From NCBI RefSeq assembly GCF_037042905.1, contig NC_087251.1, forward strand, positions 5,830,001-5,894,000: a stretch of 64,000 bases of DNA, read 5' to 3'. Origin of the DNA: Lytechinus pictus (Eukaryota). Below the pieces are notes generated by a model that did not search any database, was not told where the DNA came from, and saw only the letters and a list, made by a program, of their open reading frames with translations. The position numbers and the translations under genes are program-made. Position 1 is the stretch's first letter. The number at the start of each line of letters is the position of its first letter. Below, in pieces: positions 40,201-52,820 of this stretch.

Positions 40201-40953
40201 TTTCAAGTAAATGTTTAAGTCATACACAATTAATAAATAGACATTGAAAATTCTTGACGAAAAATAATATGTGAAATGTTTAGGAATTTGCAGAAATTTT
40301 GCAAACATTTCCCCTCAAAAAATTCTACTTAATTCTTTTATCAAATACATCACTGATGAGCTTTGAAGTGAATGCTGTGAAATTGTATAATTGCGAAACT
40401 TCTCATTAAAAATAATTGAAATTTAGCAGAAATTTTGAATGAAAATATTTAAGATATTTTAGTTTTCAAAAAGTATCACCTATGAATTTTCAAGCATTCT
40501 GTGAAATTGATACCCACTGACATTGTGAAAATTCTTGCTTGAAATCTTAAAAGAAAAATTGCTGACAGTAGAAAGAAATTTTAAAAAGATTTTGCATAAA
40601 AAACATGAAACTGTCCATTAAAAATTAGCTGCTCTGAAAATGAAGGCGCCTTTTATTGCGCAATTTTGGTAAATCGTCTGAAAATTTTGAGGAGTTTTTA
40701 AGGCATTTTACGTGCTCCAAACTTAATTTCGTATTTACCGTAATGCATTATCACCACCATCATTATAATCATCACGGTTATCATCACCACATTAATAATC
40801 ACATTTAGCAATGGTCAAAATGTATTCCTATGATGTCTATGATCAAGATTATCAATCATATCTACATGATTCATTTCATACAACATTAGCCGACACTGAA
40901 TGAAAAATCATGACAGACCACCTAATTCGTCCTCATGATGAATTAAAATCTAG
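37204..40953 (+). mobile_element. Compound Helentron/Helitron2-like locus (family H2, subfamily B) with internal duplications
   Basis: 5' hairpin taggtggtctgtcat-gaat-atgacagatcaccta at 37204 and again at 38796; 3' subTIR atgacagaccaccta 40910-40924; stem-loop 40923-40945; CTAG 40950-40953 followed by a T-run. Shares blocks (gacgtcatcaaaa.ggcgtcggaac, gtccgttgacccc, cgccattttgtaaaa) with the reverse complement of H2-A. Confidence 0.85.
38272..38341 (+). pseudogene. tRNA-like cassette inside H2-B (duplicated at 38700-38769)
   Basis: A box TGGTCGACTGG at 38279, B box GGTTCAAACC at 38323-38332, then ~20 T; 5' part GTGGTCGACTGGATAACGCACCTGACT resembles eukaryotic tRNA-Arg. Confidence 0.6.
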
Positions 40954-40995
40954 TTTTTTTTGGGGGGGGGGAGGTCACATGACTTACTTTTTTAA

Positions 40996-41576
40996 GGGGA
41001 ATCAAACCTTTGGAACAAGATAGCTTGTGGGAAAACAGAAAAATCAAACAAACAGATCAACAAAAGTTTGAGAACAATCAGACAAATAATGAGAAAGTTA
41101 TGAGCATTTGAATATTGCGATAACTAATGCTATAGAGATCCTAAAATTGGCAATGCGACAAAGATGTGTGATGTCACTTGTGAACAACTCTCCCCATTAC
41201 TTTAGTATATATTTAACTTAAATTGCCTCTTTTATCACATCTATCAGTAGATCATGTGTTATTTCTATAGGAGGGCATGTAATACAGATTTTTAAATACA
41301 TCGTGGATAAAGAGTTTGTATCAACATAAGAAAAAGCAAAAAGAGACATTTTGAGGGTATTTTATAGTCCATCAAAGGGAAAGTTGTTCACATGTGACAT
41401 CACACATCCTTGTCGCATTGCCAATGGGAGGATCTCCATAGCATTAGTGATTGCAAAATTAAAATGCTCATAACTTTCTCATTATTTGTCCAATTTTTCT
41501 CAAACTTTCTTTGTTCTTATTCTTTGATTTTTCGGTTTCAACACACACCTACTTGTTTCAAAGGTTTCATTCCCCT
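40996..41576. mobile_element. Foldback MITE with TTAA TSD (Kolobok-like termini)
   Basis: ttaa-ggggaatcaaacctttggaacaag ... cttgtttcaaaggtttcattcccct-ttaa; imperfect inverted arms of ~190 bp. Confidence 0.88.
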
Positions 41577-42021
41577 TTAATGACTACATTGATAACACAG
41601 CTTGTTGATTAATTTGTTTGATGATTTTATGAAATGTACCTGACTTGAAAACTTGAATAAATTTATTTTACAAATTATGCTGTAGTTTAAAAACATACTT
41701 CTGTATCTGATTTTGAAAAGTCTATCATTCAAGTGCTATGCTTCAAAAATTTTGAATTATTATATCACACCTATATTAAGGTAATCATTAGATATAAGAG
41801 TGGGGGAAGGGTTGGTTAAGGTCAGTAGAAATGACAGAAAAGAAAAATCAGGCACAAGTTTAAAGATGAACATTAAAGTGAAAGAAAAAAATTACAGCCT
41901 CAAGAAAACTACAAATCTAAATGAAAGTCCAGGAAAGCTATGGCCTTTCTTTCAAAACAGGACCTGGAATCTCTGACTATCTAAAATCAAACCTTGCATC
42001 AAGCTTCTTTGTATCTATATA

Positions 42022-43067
42022 CACTCGGCAAAAGAAGTTCTTGGACACTTAGAAAACTTAAAATATTTCATATAGATATTTGATTAAAGGCAAATTATTG
42101 TATGTCAACATGACCAGACAATATTCCTCTTCCAGTATGACATGACATTTTCATGTTAACAGTCATGCATGGGCAGTTTAATGCTTTAAACAATAGAAAT
42201 GTCAGTAAAAGAAAATTGCAAGAAATGGATCAGTCAGTGCATGGCTGGTTACAGGCATTAAACAATAGCAATGTCAGTAAAAGAAAATTGCAATAAAACG
42301 ATCAGTCATTCTCTCAGTTGTGAAAGTTTATGTGGCATAAATATCCATTAAATGATAAAAGCAAACAGTCAAATACCACTCTAAAAGAGAAGAGAAAGTT
42401 GTCCACCTTGGATGCATCACTATTCTACTGGAATTTTAAGTCAAAGTTAGTCGATGAAAAAAATGTAAAATTTCAGTTTCTTGGCATAAGCAAAAGAAAA
42501 TTCAATATCTCGTTTGTCCACCCTGGCTCTGAATGAGTGCAGCACATCGACGTCGCATGCTTGTCACAAGTCGGCGAATTTGCTCTGGGGTGATGTTGTC
42601 CCATTCTTCCAGGAGATAACGCCGGACATCTTGAAGAGTGTCTCCTGGTTGAATTCTTTGATTGACTGATTTTCCTAGCTGATCCCACAAGTGTTCAATC
42701 GGGTTCATGTCTGGTGAACAAGCGGGCCATGGATCCAAGCGCTGAACATTGTGGTCATCCAGAAATCTTTGGACAATGTTCGCTCGATGGGGACAACCCC
42801 CTGTTGAAAGTGTTGAATGTATGCCTACAGGAGGGCCATGATCATTAGTTTTTGAATGGTCTATTTCTTGCAATTTTCTTTTACCGACATTTCTATTGTT
42901 TAAAGCATTTAACCGCCCATGCATGACTGTTAACATGAAAATGTCATGTCATACTGGAAGAGGAACATTGTTTGGTCATGTTGACATGTAAATAATTTGC
43001 CTTTAATCCAATATCTATATGAAATATTTTAAGTTTTCTAAGTGTCCAAGAACTTTTTTGCAGAGTG
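42022..43067 (-). mobile_element. Internally deleted Tc1-family transposon
   Basis: TA TSD; ~210-bp TIRs (cactcggcaaaagaagttcttggacacttagaaaac... / ...gttttctaagtgtccaagaacttttttgcagagtg); transposase remnant inside. Confidence 0.95.
42502..42812 (-). pseudogene. C-terminal remnant of a Tc1 DDE transposase
   Basis: HRANIVQRFL...WPACSPDMNPIEHLWDQL...SMRRRCAALIQSQGGQTRY* carries the WPxxSPDLNPIE signature and GGxTxY end; the N-terminus and first two catalytic Asp are missing or corrupted. Confidence 0.93.
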
Positions 43068-43252
43068 TATATCTTTCCATTGTTTAAAGATTTCTTTTCA
43101 GCATATAACATGTTCCAACATGCTTAGCTTGGTTACCATGGTTACAATACTATGATTTGTTGAAAATCAATACTGTCAAAACATCATTTTTTATGCACAA
43201 CAACAGTCTTTTATGCAAGATTGGTATGTAAAGTATAATATAGAAGCTTATA

Positions 43253-44214
43253 CAGTGCGTATCAAAAAAAAGTTTACACTTTGAAAAAGCCCTGGGAATT
43301 AAAAAATATACAACATGTGGGTAATTTTTTCACATACATTCTTGGGTTTGGGTCTCGTCTATCCAATGGAGTAAAATTTTGACAGAATGTTATACCTGAG
43401 TGAGCACTGTCCATTTTTGTAAAGCTCGCAGAAATCTGTTTGCGCAGAAATTCTTGTTTTCACGCTGTGTCAAGGTGAAAAGGCGAAATCAAACTTACCC
43501 TGCGAAACATTTCTCATACATTTCCCTTGCACTTTGAGTCATTTGAAATCAAACGGCTACATGCAAGCATTTTGTAAACATTTTGCCACCCAACTTAAAA
43601 TTTTAACACTTAGTAAGCACAAACTTTACCCTTTTTGTGCCAGCTGGATCTGAGGACATGAAACAAAAGCTTATATCAGACATCTCCAACATTTTTCACT
43701 AAGTTTTTTATCATGTAAAGTGGGTTTACATTTCATTTTTCATTTAATACTTGTTTCTCCACACTTTTCCCAAGCTTGACAATGAAAATCAAGTCTAAGC
43801 CATTTCATGTAAATCACAGCTCAGTGTAAAGCAAATATCGTCACGATGGCCTCAGTGTGTGGGGGAGTGGGGTGGGGCGCAATGGCACTCTTCGAAGTGT
43901 TTTGGGCAAAGAAACAAGTTAAAAAAGGTAAAAGATATTTCAAATCAATTTTACTAGCTAAACTCCATGTGTTCTTCATGATTAAGGTCTACTTTTATTC
44001 GCATAACTATTTCAAAGTTCTGCGCAAATCATTTTTTACTAACTTTTCAAAAGTAAGTGGTGCTCACTCAAGCGGTAATATTTGTCGACAGTTACATCGT
44101 CATTTGCTTGAATGGGTCTGTAACAATGTTAAAATGTGGAAAAATCTTCAGTATATTACAAATGTATAATTTTATAGGACTTTTTCCAAGTGTAAACTTT
44201 TTTGATAAGCATTG
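43253..44214. mobile_element. Non-autonomous Tc1/mariner-like element
   Basis: TA-cagtgcgtatcaaaaaaaagtttacactttgaaaaagccc ... ggactttttccaagtgtaaacttttttgataagcattg-TA. Confidence 0.88.
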
Positions 44215-45505
44215 TATAAGTCATGTCCTCTTCATCTGACCTTTACTTTGAATATTTTATGGGAAAGCCTATAATCTATCAAAGAAAACCCTATCAAACT
44301 TTTGATGCAATGGATGGGCTTACTTTTTTTTTTTTTCAATATCTGCCATAAAGCTATAAAACAGTCACTTCTTTTCATCATAAATTATGCACATAACAAT
44401 GTCTTATGTAGAAGAATGGGAGTTAGTTTGAATCATGTAAGAGAAGACTTTTAGTTTTATATTGATTTTATGGATGATTTTTAATGGTTAAGAATTAAAA
44501 AAAAGTGCAGTCTGGGTAATAGCAAGTTCACCTTCTCTTATTCCTGCTGTAATATTTTACGAACAGAGAAATGGAGAAGTTTGCAAGTCAGGTAGAACAA
44601 TAGTTCTATTGTCTTGTTTGGCAATTTGGGTTTTGAGTATTAGTCTTCCTTGTCCATTATGATTAAATCATTTTGGCATCTGTTAAAAAAACAGAACAAT
44701 CATGAAGGTTCTATCACAATGCCCATGTCAGGACAATTTTATTTGAAATCTGGAAAAGAAGATCAAATCAAATTTCATACTCATAATGTGTGCTTTGTAA
44801 ATATTTAGTTATCCTAATGAACAATCAAAATCAAGAATTCTATAAATCATACGGAAGTGAGTACATCTTAAATGAATATATCATTTTCATGATTTCAATT
44901 GTTTAATTCAATTAATCTCTAACATTTTACCTTGACTAAAAACATAAAATAGGAAGATTATCATGAAAGAGGAGTATATCCCCTGTTCAATATTGATTGA
45001 TTGTCTAAGAAGTATGAAAACCATTCAACAAAAGATTGTTATGAATGAGTCAAATATTAAACTGCATGTATGTATTGATCTGTTGGCCTCATAGATGTAG
45101 TTCAATGACTTGTATCAATAGTGTATTTTAGTGGAATAACCTCAAATGCAATCAAATGTGTTTTTCCCTCAATATTTGATAGTGAATAGATGATAATCTT
45201 TATTTCATCCTTTTAGAAATGATCCATTGTAAATAGAAATAAAGCTAATGATTTGTGTTTGCATCTGTTTTATAAGTTACATTAACTCTGCATTTTTTTT
45301 TACATTGTTTTTCTCTATGTAAATATGACTGCATTCTTCCCTTGAGAAAGAGGTCCTAGGATCACCTATTATTGAAATGAGAATAGATTATTTCTAACAA
45401 GACATGCATTACCCATCAAACACACAATATAAGATATGTTTTTATCTTGGTTATTTTTTTAAATGCTGTCAGATAGAAGGGGGAGGGGAACTCTAAGTGA
45501 TTCTA

Positions 45506-45788
45506 GAGGTGTTTGATGGAGTTTGAAATCCTAGACCTTGTGGTTTAATGTCCAGGAACTTCTCCATTAGTCCGCAACACCTTTATGTTCATATCTTCAG
45601 CAGATCTTCTCTTAATTTGATAACATGAAATTTGTTTTTTCTTCAGCCGAGGTGTATGGTGAAGTTTGAATCCTAGACCTTGTGGTTTAAAGTCCTGGAA
45701 CTTCTCCATTAGTATGCAACACCCCTATGTTTATATCTTTAGCAGATCATTTTCTAATTGATAACATGAAATTTTCATTTCTTCAACC
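45506..45788 (-). repeat. Tandem duplication (period 143 bp), each unit with a degenerate tRNA-like sequence on the minus strand
   Basis: Units start gaggtgt at 45506 and 45649; minus strand reads GGTGTTG-CGGACTAATGG...GATT(T)CAAAC...AAACACC with acceptor-like end pairing. Confidence 0.7.
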
Positions 45789-48700
45789 AAGTCAGTCGTC
45801 AATATGATTTAAGAGAAGAATAATACCAACCTAAAATGATAATGCACCATGAAACATCAATATATGCTAAATCTTGTTAATAGTTTTGTCTACTCAATGA
45901 TTATTATTATTTTCATAGTAAAAAATGTTGATAAAGTAAACTTAAGTGAATGTTTTATTGTTACATAAATATGACATGTGTAAGAGAAATCAAATCATAT
46001 CTACGCCACTCACATACAGAATCTTATCATCTAAGTATATTATTTTGTATATTAATGTTCTCTGGTTTGTGCGTTTAGTGTGCATTAGGAATTGTGCTTT
46101 GTGATTTTTCAAGCATTCTCCAAAATTAAACATTTCTCTTATACTTCTATCAAGTTTTCAAAACAAATCAAAACTTGCCTTGAAGTATCCTGCGTCTCAT
46201 CATTACATCATCACACATTCATGTACCCTACCTTATCATTCATCATTAAAATGTGTTTTAATGAATGCATGAATCATAGTTTATGGACACAATGAGTCAT
46301 ACATTTACCTTTTACACCTAATCTAGTCATGACACCCTATGTGTAACCCCTAGCGTCCTGTTTGGGACTTACTTAATCCCAACTGTGACTAAACCAGGTG
46401 TACCTAACTAAGCTTCATGATAAGACCAAATTCAAATAAGCAAAGAATTCCATATTGTATATAGCCATGATCTTCAGTATACATTGCAAGTTAAATTCTA
46501 AAGAGTTGTAAAGTAAAAAGTCTTGGATGGATCCGAACTACATAATTTATCTGATTTGAGAAGGGCTTATTTTGGTCTTATTTTGGTTCATTTCTTCATG
46601 TCATCCAATCCCCTCCGTAGTGGAGACCGAATCTTCATAAGATTTTCAACATGAGTTCATGACCCCTATGTGTTTGAGACTAACATGATAGCTATATGTG
46701 TTGCATAAACCACAAGAGGAGATCATTTACAGGAGTAAAAGGTTACAGGAAACCACTTCCCACTCTTTACAGCTTCCTGTCAAAGACTGATATTACAAGT
46801 GTATCATATTTCATGCATCCATCATGCCACCGTCCACCTTCTGTATTCTGGATAGGGAAAAAAAGTATGTTGAGAATGGCTCATAGCCATGATGAATGCA
46901 TGGTCATTGTGATTCATTCCTTCATGGCCTTTAACCTATAAAACATGTTCCAACATGTTGCCTTCAGTTCCCAGGGCTAAAAAGACAATGTAAAGCAACA
47001 TAGAAAAACTAAAAAAACAAAAGCAGAGAGGAGGAAAGCTCTGATACGCATCTCTTTTTTCCCAAAGCAGAAACTAAAGCAATGAGCTCTTTATTCAAAA
47101 CTTTCTGATGTTTTTTTATGATTATCTTTGGTTACATTTCCTTGATAGTCATTGCTAATTATGTTGATAATGAGATCATCAAATTGGGCATACTGCCAAT
47201 GGTTCTATTACTTTATACATCATGGGAAATGAAAAGGTAATTAGTATACCGAAAGAGACCCGATATAGGCTAAAGGTGATAGCATTTAGAAGTCACATAG
47301 TACCCTGTTTGATTATGTTCATGCTTTTGGTGATAACTATTTTGTTTTCATTGGCTTTGATTTTTTTTCAATGTCTTTAAAGGAATGGATCGACTTTATC
47401 TGAAAGTAGTCAATTTTGAGATTGTAAATTACAGAAAAATGGCAGTAATTAAAAAGCAAGAAATAATTGAGTTTTTTTTTTATACATGGTGGACAGTACC
47501 TGATAACATCAAGCAGGTACATGCCTTCTAAATTGGTGTGGTATGGTGTGGTAGCATTGTGACATGAATTTTATATTGTAGATGCTTGGCCTGTAAAACC
47601 CAGGTGATTTCTATCTGACTTTAGCAATTGTGATAACAGCATTTGCTCAATTTGTGATTTGATTTTGAATAACTGTCAAAGTTTCTAAATGCCTTTAAAT
47701 ATTTCTTGATCCTTGAAAGCATTTTTCAAGTTGAATTATTAACTATAACTATGATTAACACAGACTATCTGCAAGCCACATAGGGCGCTTTTGTATTTGT
47801 AGAAAAGTAATTACAAGAGAAAGGTTAATTACCTTTTTAATGGGTTATTTATTACTTCACACTATATGATTAGAGAGTGAAAGGTATCATCTGACCTACT
47901 TACATTTACATCATTTACATTTACATAGGAAAGTTTTGATGAGGCATTCCCATAGAATCACAATGAGAGTAGCAATGATTATATGCATCAAACATGATGA
48001 GTTTCTGTCATTTTGTCCGATAATGTACTAAATAACATATTTAGATAAGATATATTGGTTTAACCAAAGAGACCTTCTGTGTCAAGTGCCAATTATTTTG
48101 TTAATTTTGATACAAGTAGGCTGTTTAAAACCCCAGCTCAGGTTGTGAGGGCATTTGACTCTCATGTCTCAGGGGAGCATTGCACCTTTAAGCTTGTGTT
48201 CAGCTGACATTGTTTTTATCCCATACACAGTTGTCATAAATATTTATTTTAAAAGAATTATGAAATTCAAGCTTTTTCCCATCAGTCTTAACAATAATTC
48301 TCTCAAAAGAATCATTAAAATTATGAAAAGTGCATTTTGATTGGCATTTCTGCAGAGCTATGCATGTTTTTTTGCTTTGACATTGTGAATGCAATAGAGA
48401 TTTCAATTATATGTCAATGTATAGCCACCTTCTTGTTTGAATATCCAGAATTCTTCAAGTTGACACTTCCTGAGTCAAACTGTACAGTACTTAAGTCTTG
48501 AAATGAGGAGAAGTTAGTGTTGATGAAAAATTGCTTTAACAATTTTCCCAGTTACCTTTTATGTGTGTATTGTTTGAACAGTCAGTTTACTTATCATACT
48601 CATCATACCTTACACTATCCTTCTTAGTTCTTACTGTACTATTTAATATCACTTTCTGGAGAAGCAATCATAATTACCAAAGTGATGACATCACAAAAAA

Positions 48701-49711
48701 CCTTTTTTAGCATTTCAGTGTTTTTGATACCATATTTTGGTAGAACATGATGAAAACCCCCACTACCAAAATTTGGTGGGAATTAGTCCATGGGGGCCAT
48801 AGATATGACTGTAATTAGCCCCATTGAAGTCAGTGTATTATTGACCTGGTTCTAAATGTTAGTTTGTTGGGGGTGTTCAGCATTAATAGTATAATCATTT
48901 CTGAGATATAAACTCTCATGTTATGTTCCACACAAAATAAGCAATATGATATTGTACTGTCATTGTAAAAAAAACAATTAGGAGTCATTAAACATGATTT
49001 CTTATCTCTAACCCTGTGCACTGCTTTGACCACTAGTAGTTACGAACTTACTTATCTAAAAAAAAGTGATAACAGGTGCTTGGAAATTGGAATGCATGAA
49101 ATGAATTTATGTATAGCTGTTTGCTTCTCGCACCATCAAAAACCTTTTTCATTGTAGTATTTCATGTAAATTACTCCCCCTTTGATTGAAATAAATTTGA
49201 GCAATCTGCCATTGTGGTTTACCAGGTACCATTTCCTTAACAGTTTGAAAACAAAAGAAAATGATTCACCACAAATACTCACAGGGTCAGTAATTTTTTG
49301 TTGCTTCAGTTGATAATTGAGACTTTGTTGTAATGACGATAGAATAATCTTTTTTAATAAGTTTGCATTGACAGCTTGCAATCCCACTTGACTAGAAGTG
49401 TGTGGTTAAGCCTACTTTCGTTACTATACATGAAGAAATTTGCTTAACATTTTTTTTTTAATTGTACAAAGGAATGGAAATCAAAAGTAAGTGAACATTG
49501 TATTTCAGGGACTAGATTAATTTTACATTTTCCTGCCATTCTAATTTCAATGTGGCATCAGTATTGAAATCATAGCAAAGAATTTAGAAGATTAAAAAAG
49601 TATGATGATAAGGATGACGACGATGGTGATGATGATGATGTTGAGGATGGAGAAAAAAAAGGAGGGAGAGGGTAGGTAAAGTGAGATTAAAAATGAAATC
49701 GAGGAATTTTT

Positions 49712-50065
49712 TTCTCGCCTGCATAGCAAAGCAAGACTATAGGCGCCGCTTTTCCGACGGCGGCGGCGTCAACATCAAATCTTAACCGAAGGTTAAGTTT
49801 TTGAAATGACATCATTACTTAGAAAGTATATGGACCTTGTTCATGAAACTTGGACATATGGCTAATAAAGTATTACTGAACATCCTGCCGTAGTTTCAGG
49901 TCACATGACCAAGGTCAAAGGTCATTTAGGCCAAACGTAGTATTATCATTACATGAATGGTGTTTTAATTATTTTATAATTATAATAGTTTTTAAAGTCG
50001 GCACTGCTGAGCACTATATTGAATCACGTAATGCAGGCGAGACTTCCAGAGGCGCTCCACTTGTT
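49712..50065 (+). mobile_element. Family H1 copy 3 (short, one internal unit)
   Basis: tctcgcctgcatagcaaagcaagactataggcgccgc ... atgcaggcgagacttccagaggcgctccacttgtt; both ends intact. Confidence 0.82.
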
Positions 50066-50767
50066 GGATAAAGAAACAGAAAGAGATAGAGAGTGTGTAT
50101 GGGAGAGGGGAGGGGAAGAAGGAGATAGAAGGAGAGGAAGTTAGTTATAGGGTGATAGGTTGAAAGGTCACTGAGGTCATATTGAAATATTTTGAAAAAT
50201 CTTGTTTCGCAAGTGATGTCTGAATCAACCAATTAATTGATCAAAGTCAGAATTTGCTTATGTACATTGTATGCATATGTGTGAGAAATATGATCTGACA
50301 TTTTTGGGGTAATAAGGGCAAAAGTCATATCTGTCATTTTACAATTTGATAAGTTTGGTGTGTACTATAAATGGCAGAGGCATACTTTTTGACTGCATTC
50401 AGCTGAGAATTTGTGTAAGTTGAATTTCATAAAGTATGTGGATCTTTAGATTTATTTTGCCCATACTTGCTCTCATTCTATTGATTTCCATGTCCTAACA
50501 AAATGTATATGTGTATTAATGTCTTGGTCTCTTGGAGGACTTTCTGCCCTCATTTTCAAATTTGCAAAGCATTTGAGTTCAATTTCAATAATGTATGAAT
50601 GCCATGTCAATTCCACAATGGATACAAATTCAAAAGCTAGTAGAATATATTCACTGACCTGGGAGTTAATTTCCTGTTTCAAGTTTTGTGTATTAATTTT
50701 ATCAACAGTCTTTATGTATTTGTTCTATCCTCTTTCATTTTGATCAACATTTTAAGTGCTGTAATAT

Positions 50768-51975
50768 CGTCGGCCGCCATATCAGTCAATTTTGTGCAAA
50801 AAATCAATTTTGAGATCTTTGCCGTTCTAAAATGAAACTTCAAGCCCTACATAATTAAATTTTTAGGCAGCAATTTATTTTAGTTTCTGAGATATGTTAC
50901 GATTTTCATAGCGATGCCATACAAACTTTTGATAAAATGCACAAATCCCATTGAAAACGTTAAGGCAAACAACAACTGCACGCACTTAATATGCAAATGT
51001 GCGGTCAGCCAAACCGTTGTATCTGCACTGCATTTACTTTGCACGTGAAAGAGCGTTACAACATTTTGCTTGATAGCGCACTTAAAAATCATGATCAGGG
51101 TTTTGGTATCCCCTATAGTGTTTTTAAACAGAAAATCTAAACTGCTCAACCGAAATTACAAGCATGTAGCTCTCTTGCAATATTTTCTGTGATTCTTGGT
51201 TTTGTGCATAAATAAATATGACAATTTCAAACAATTGTCTTGGTCTTTCCAACCATGTATTTCTCTTGCAATGAAAATGTCATAAGGCTGGGGAACAGAG
51301 TGTGGATTTGCAATGTCATATCGTCGGTGGTCATCCGAACCGTCGTATCACACATACGACGGTGCAAACCCATTTCAGAGAAAATGGACTTCAAAGTTTA
51401 CTATGATTTTCACACTTAGTTCCCCAGCCTTACAACTTATTCATTGCTTGAAAAATACATGGTTGGAATGACCAAGAAAATTGCTTGACATTGGTATCTT
51501 TATTTTCACACAAAAGTAAGGACCCGAGAAAATATGGCAAAAGAGCTACATGTTTGTAATTTCGGTTTGAGTGACTTAGATTTTCCCTGTACAAAAACAC
51601 CATTAAAAACGTTGTATCACTTTTCACGTGCAAAGTCAATGCAGTGCCAAGTGGCATTATGACGGTTTGGTAGAACGCCCGCATTGAAATCGTGGTCACT
51701 CAAAACGTTGTATCACTCTGTTACTGTACATGTTTCTAATGGGATTTGCGAATTTTATTAAAAGTTTGTATGGCATCGCCATGAAAATCCTCTCATATCT
51801 CAGAAAACAAAATAAATTGCTGCCTAAAAATGTAGTTCTGAATAGAGTGGGACTTGTGCTTTCATTTTCTGTAAAAATCTCAAAATCAGATTTTTGGAAC
51901 CAAAATTGACTAATACAACGGTTCGGATGACCGCCGACGATATGTGTGATACGACGGTTTGGATGACTGCTGATG
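50768..51975 (+). mobile_element. Family C copy 2 (older, host of copy 3)
   Basis: ATAT-cgtcggc... colinear with 27835-28492; the right TIR resumes at 51944-51975 (gtgtgatacgacggtttggatgactgctgatg) followed by ATAC. Confidence 0.8.
51322..51939 (-). mobile_element. Family C copy 3, inverted and nested in copy 2
   Basis: Complete TIRs; ATAT TSD at 51318-51321 and 51940-51943; reverse complement of copy 1. Confidence 0.9.
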
Positions 51976-52351
51976 ATACATGCATTCATTACAATAACTG
52001 AATGATATGTTACTTTAAGTCATTCTGGAGAACTTGACAAATAAAAAAAAGCAACAAATTTCCAGTTCTCCAAATCTTTCACCAGCTCTTTGATTTCTTT
52101 TCTTTTTTTAATGCCATATAATATTGTGTTGATATGTAAACTACTTCTTAGTTACTCTGTCATTCTATTCACTTTCATGTCCTTGCCCCAGCATTGTAAT
52201 ATCATGCAGCTTAATAATCACATGAATTGCATGATTTTGGGGAATATGAATTGAAATTCAATTTATGAAAAGCATATCAATAATGAATAATTTTACTATG
52301 GATACAAAGTAAAAAAGCTTGCAGAATACCTGATAATCTACTGCTAACTTA

Positions 52352-52751
52352 TACCCCTTTCATAAACCCAATAAAACCTATCCTCCAATTAGCCGCCTAA
52401 GAGTAATGCGGATAATTCAATAAAAATTGCGTTCACAAACTCCGAAAATTATCTGCATTATTTTTACGAGTGCCCGTCCTGAAAAAGGCGGATAATCGTC
52501 ATGACAACTGGACACGCCCCCTCCGATGCGGTTGTGTTGGAAAAGGGTGACCTTGTGACCGCACCATGGCAATTATCCGCATTATTTGGAAATACGTTCA
52601 TAAACTCAAAATCTTGTCCCGATGCTGCTATTATGCGGATAATAGCAGCATCAGAATAATGCGGATAACTCTTGTCCTCCTCTGATTTTACGACCAAATT
52701 ATGCTGCTATTAGCCGCATAATTGGGTTTTATTGGGTTTATGAAAGGGGTA
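52352..52751. mobile_element. 400-bp Tourist/PIF-Harbinger-like MITE, TTA TSD
   Basis: TIR tacccctttcataaacccaataaaacc / ggttttattgggtttatgaaaggggta; TTA on both sides. Confidence 0.93.
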
Positions 52752-52820
52752 TTATATGACTTTTTGAAAGTGAATATCCCATTGGTCTGTAGAGTAGTTG
52801 ATGACCAGATGGTGACCTAA

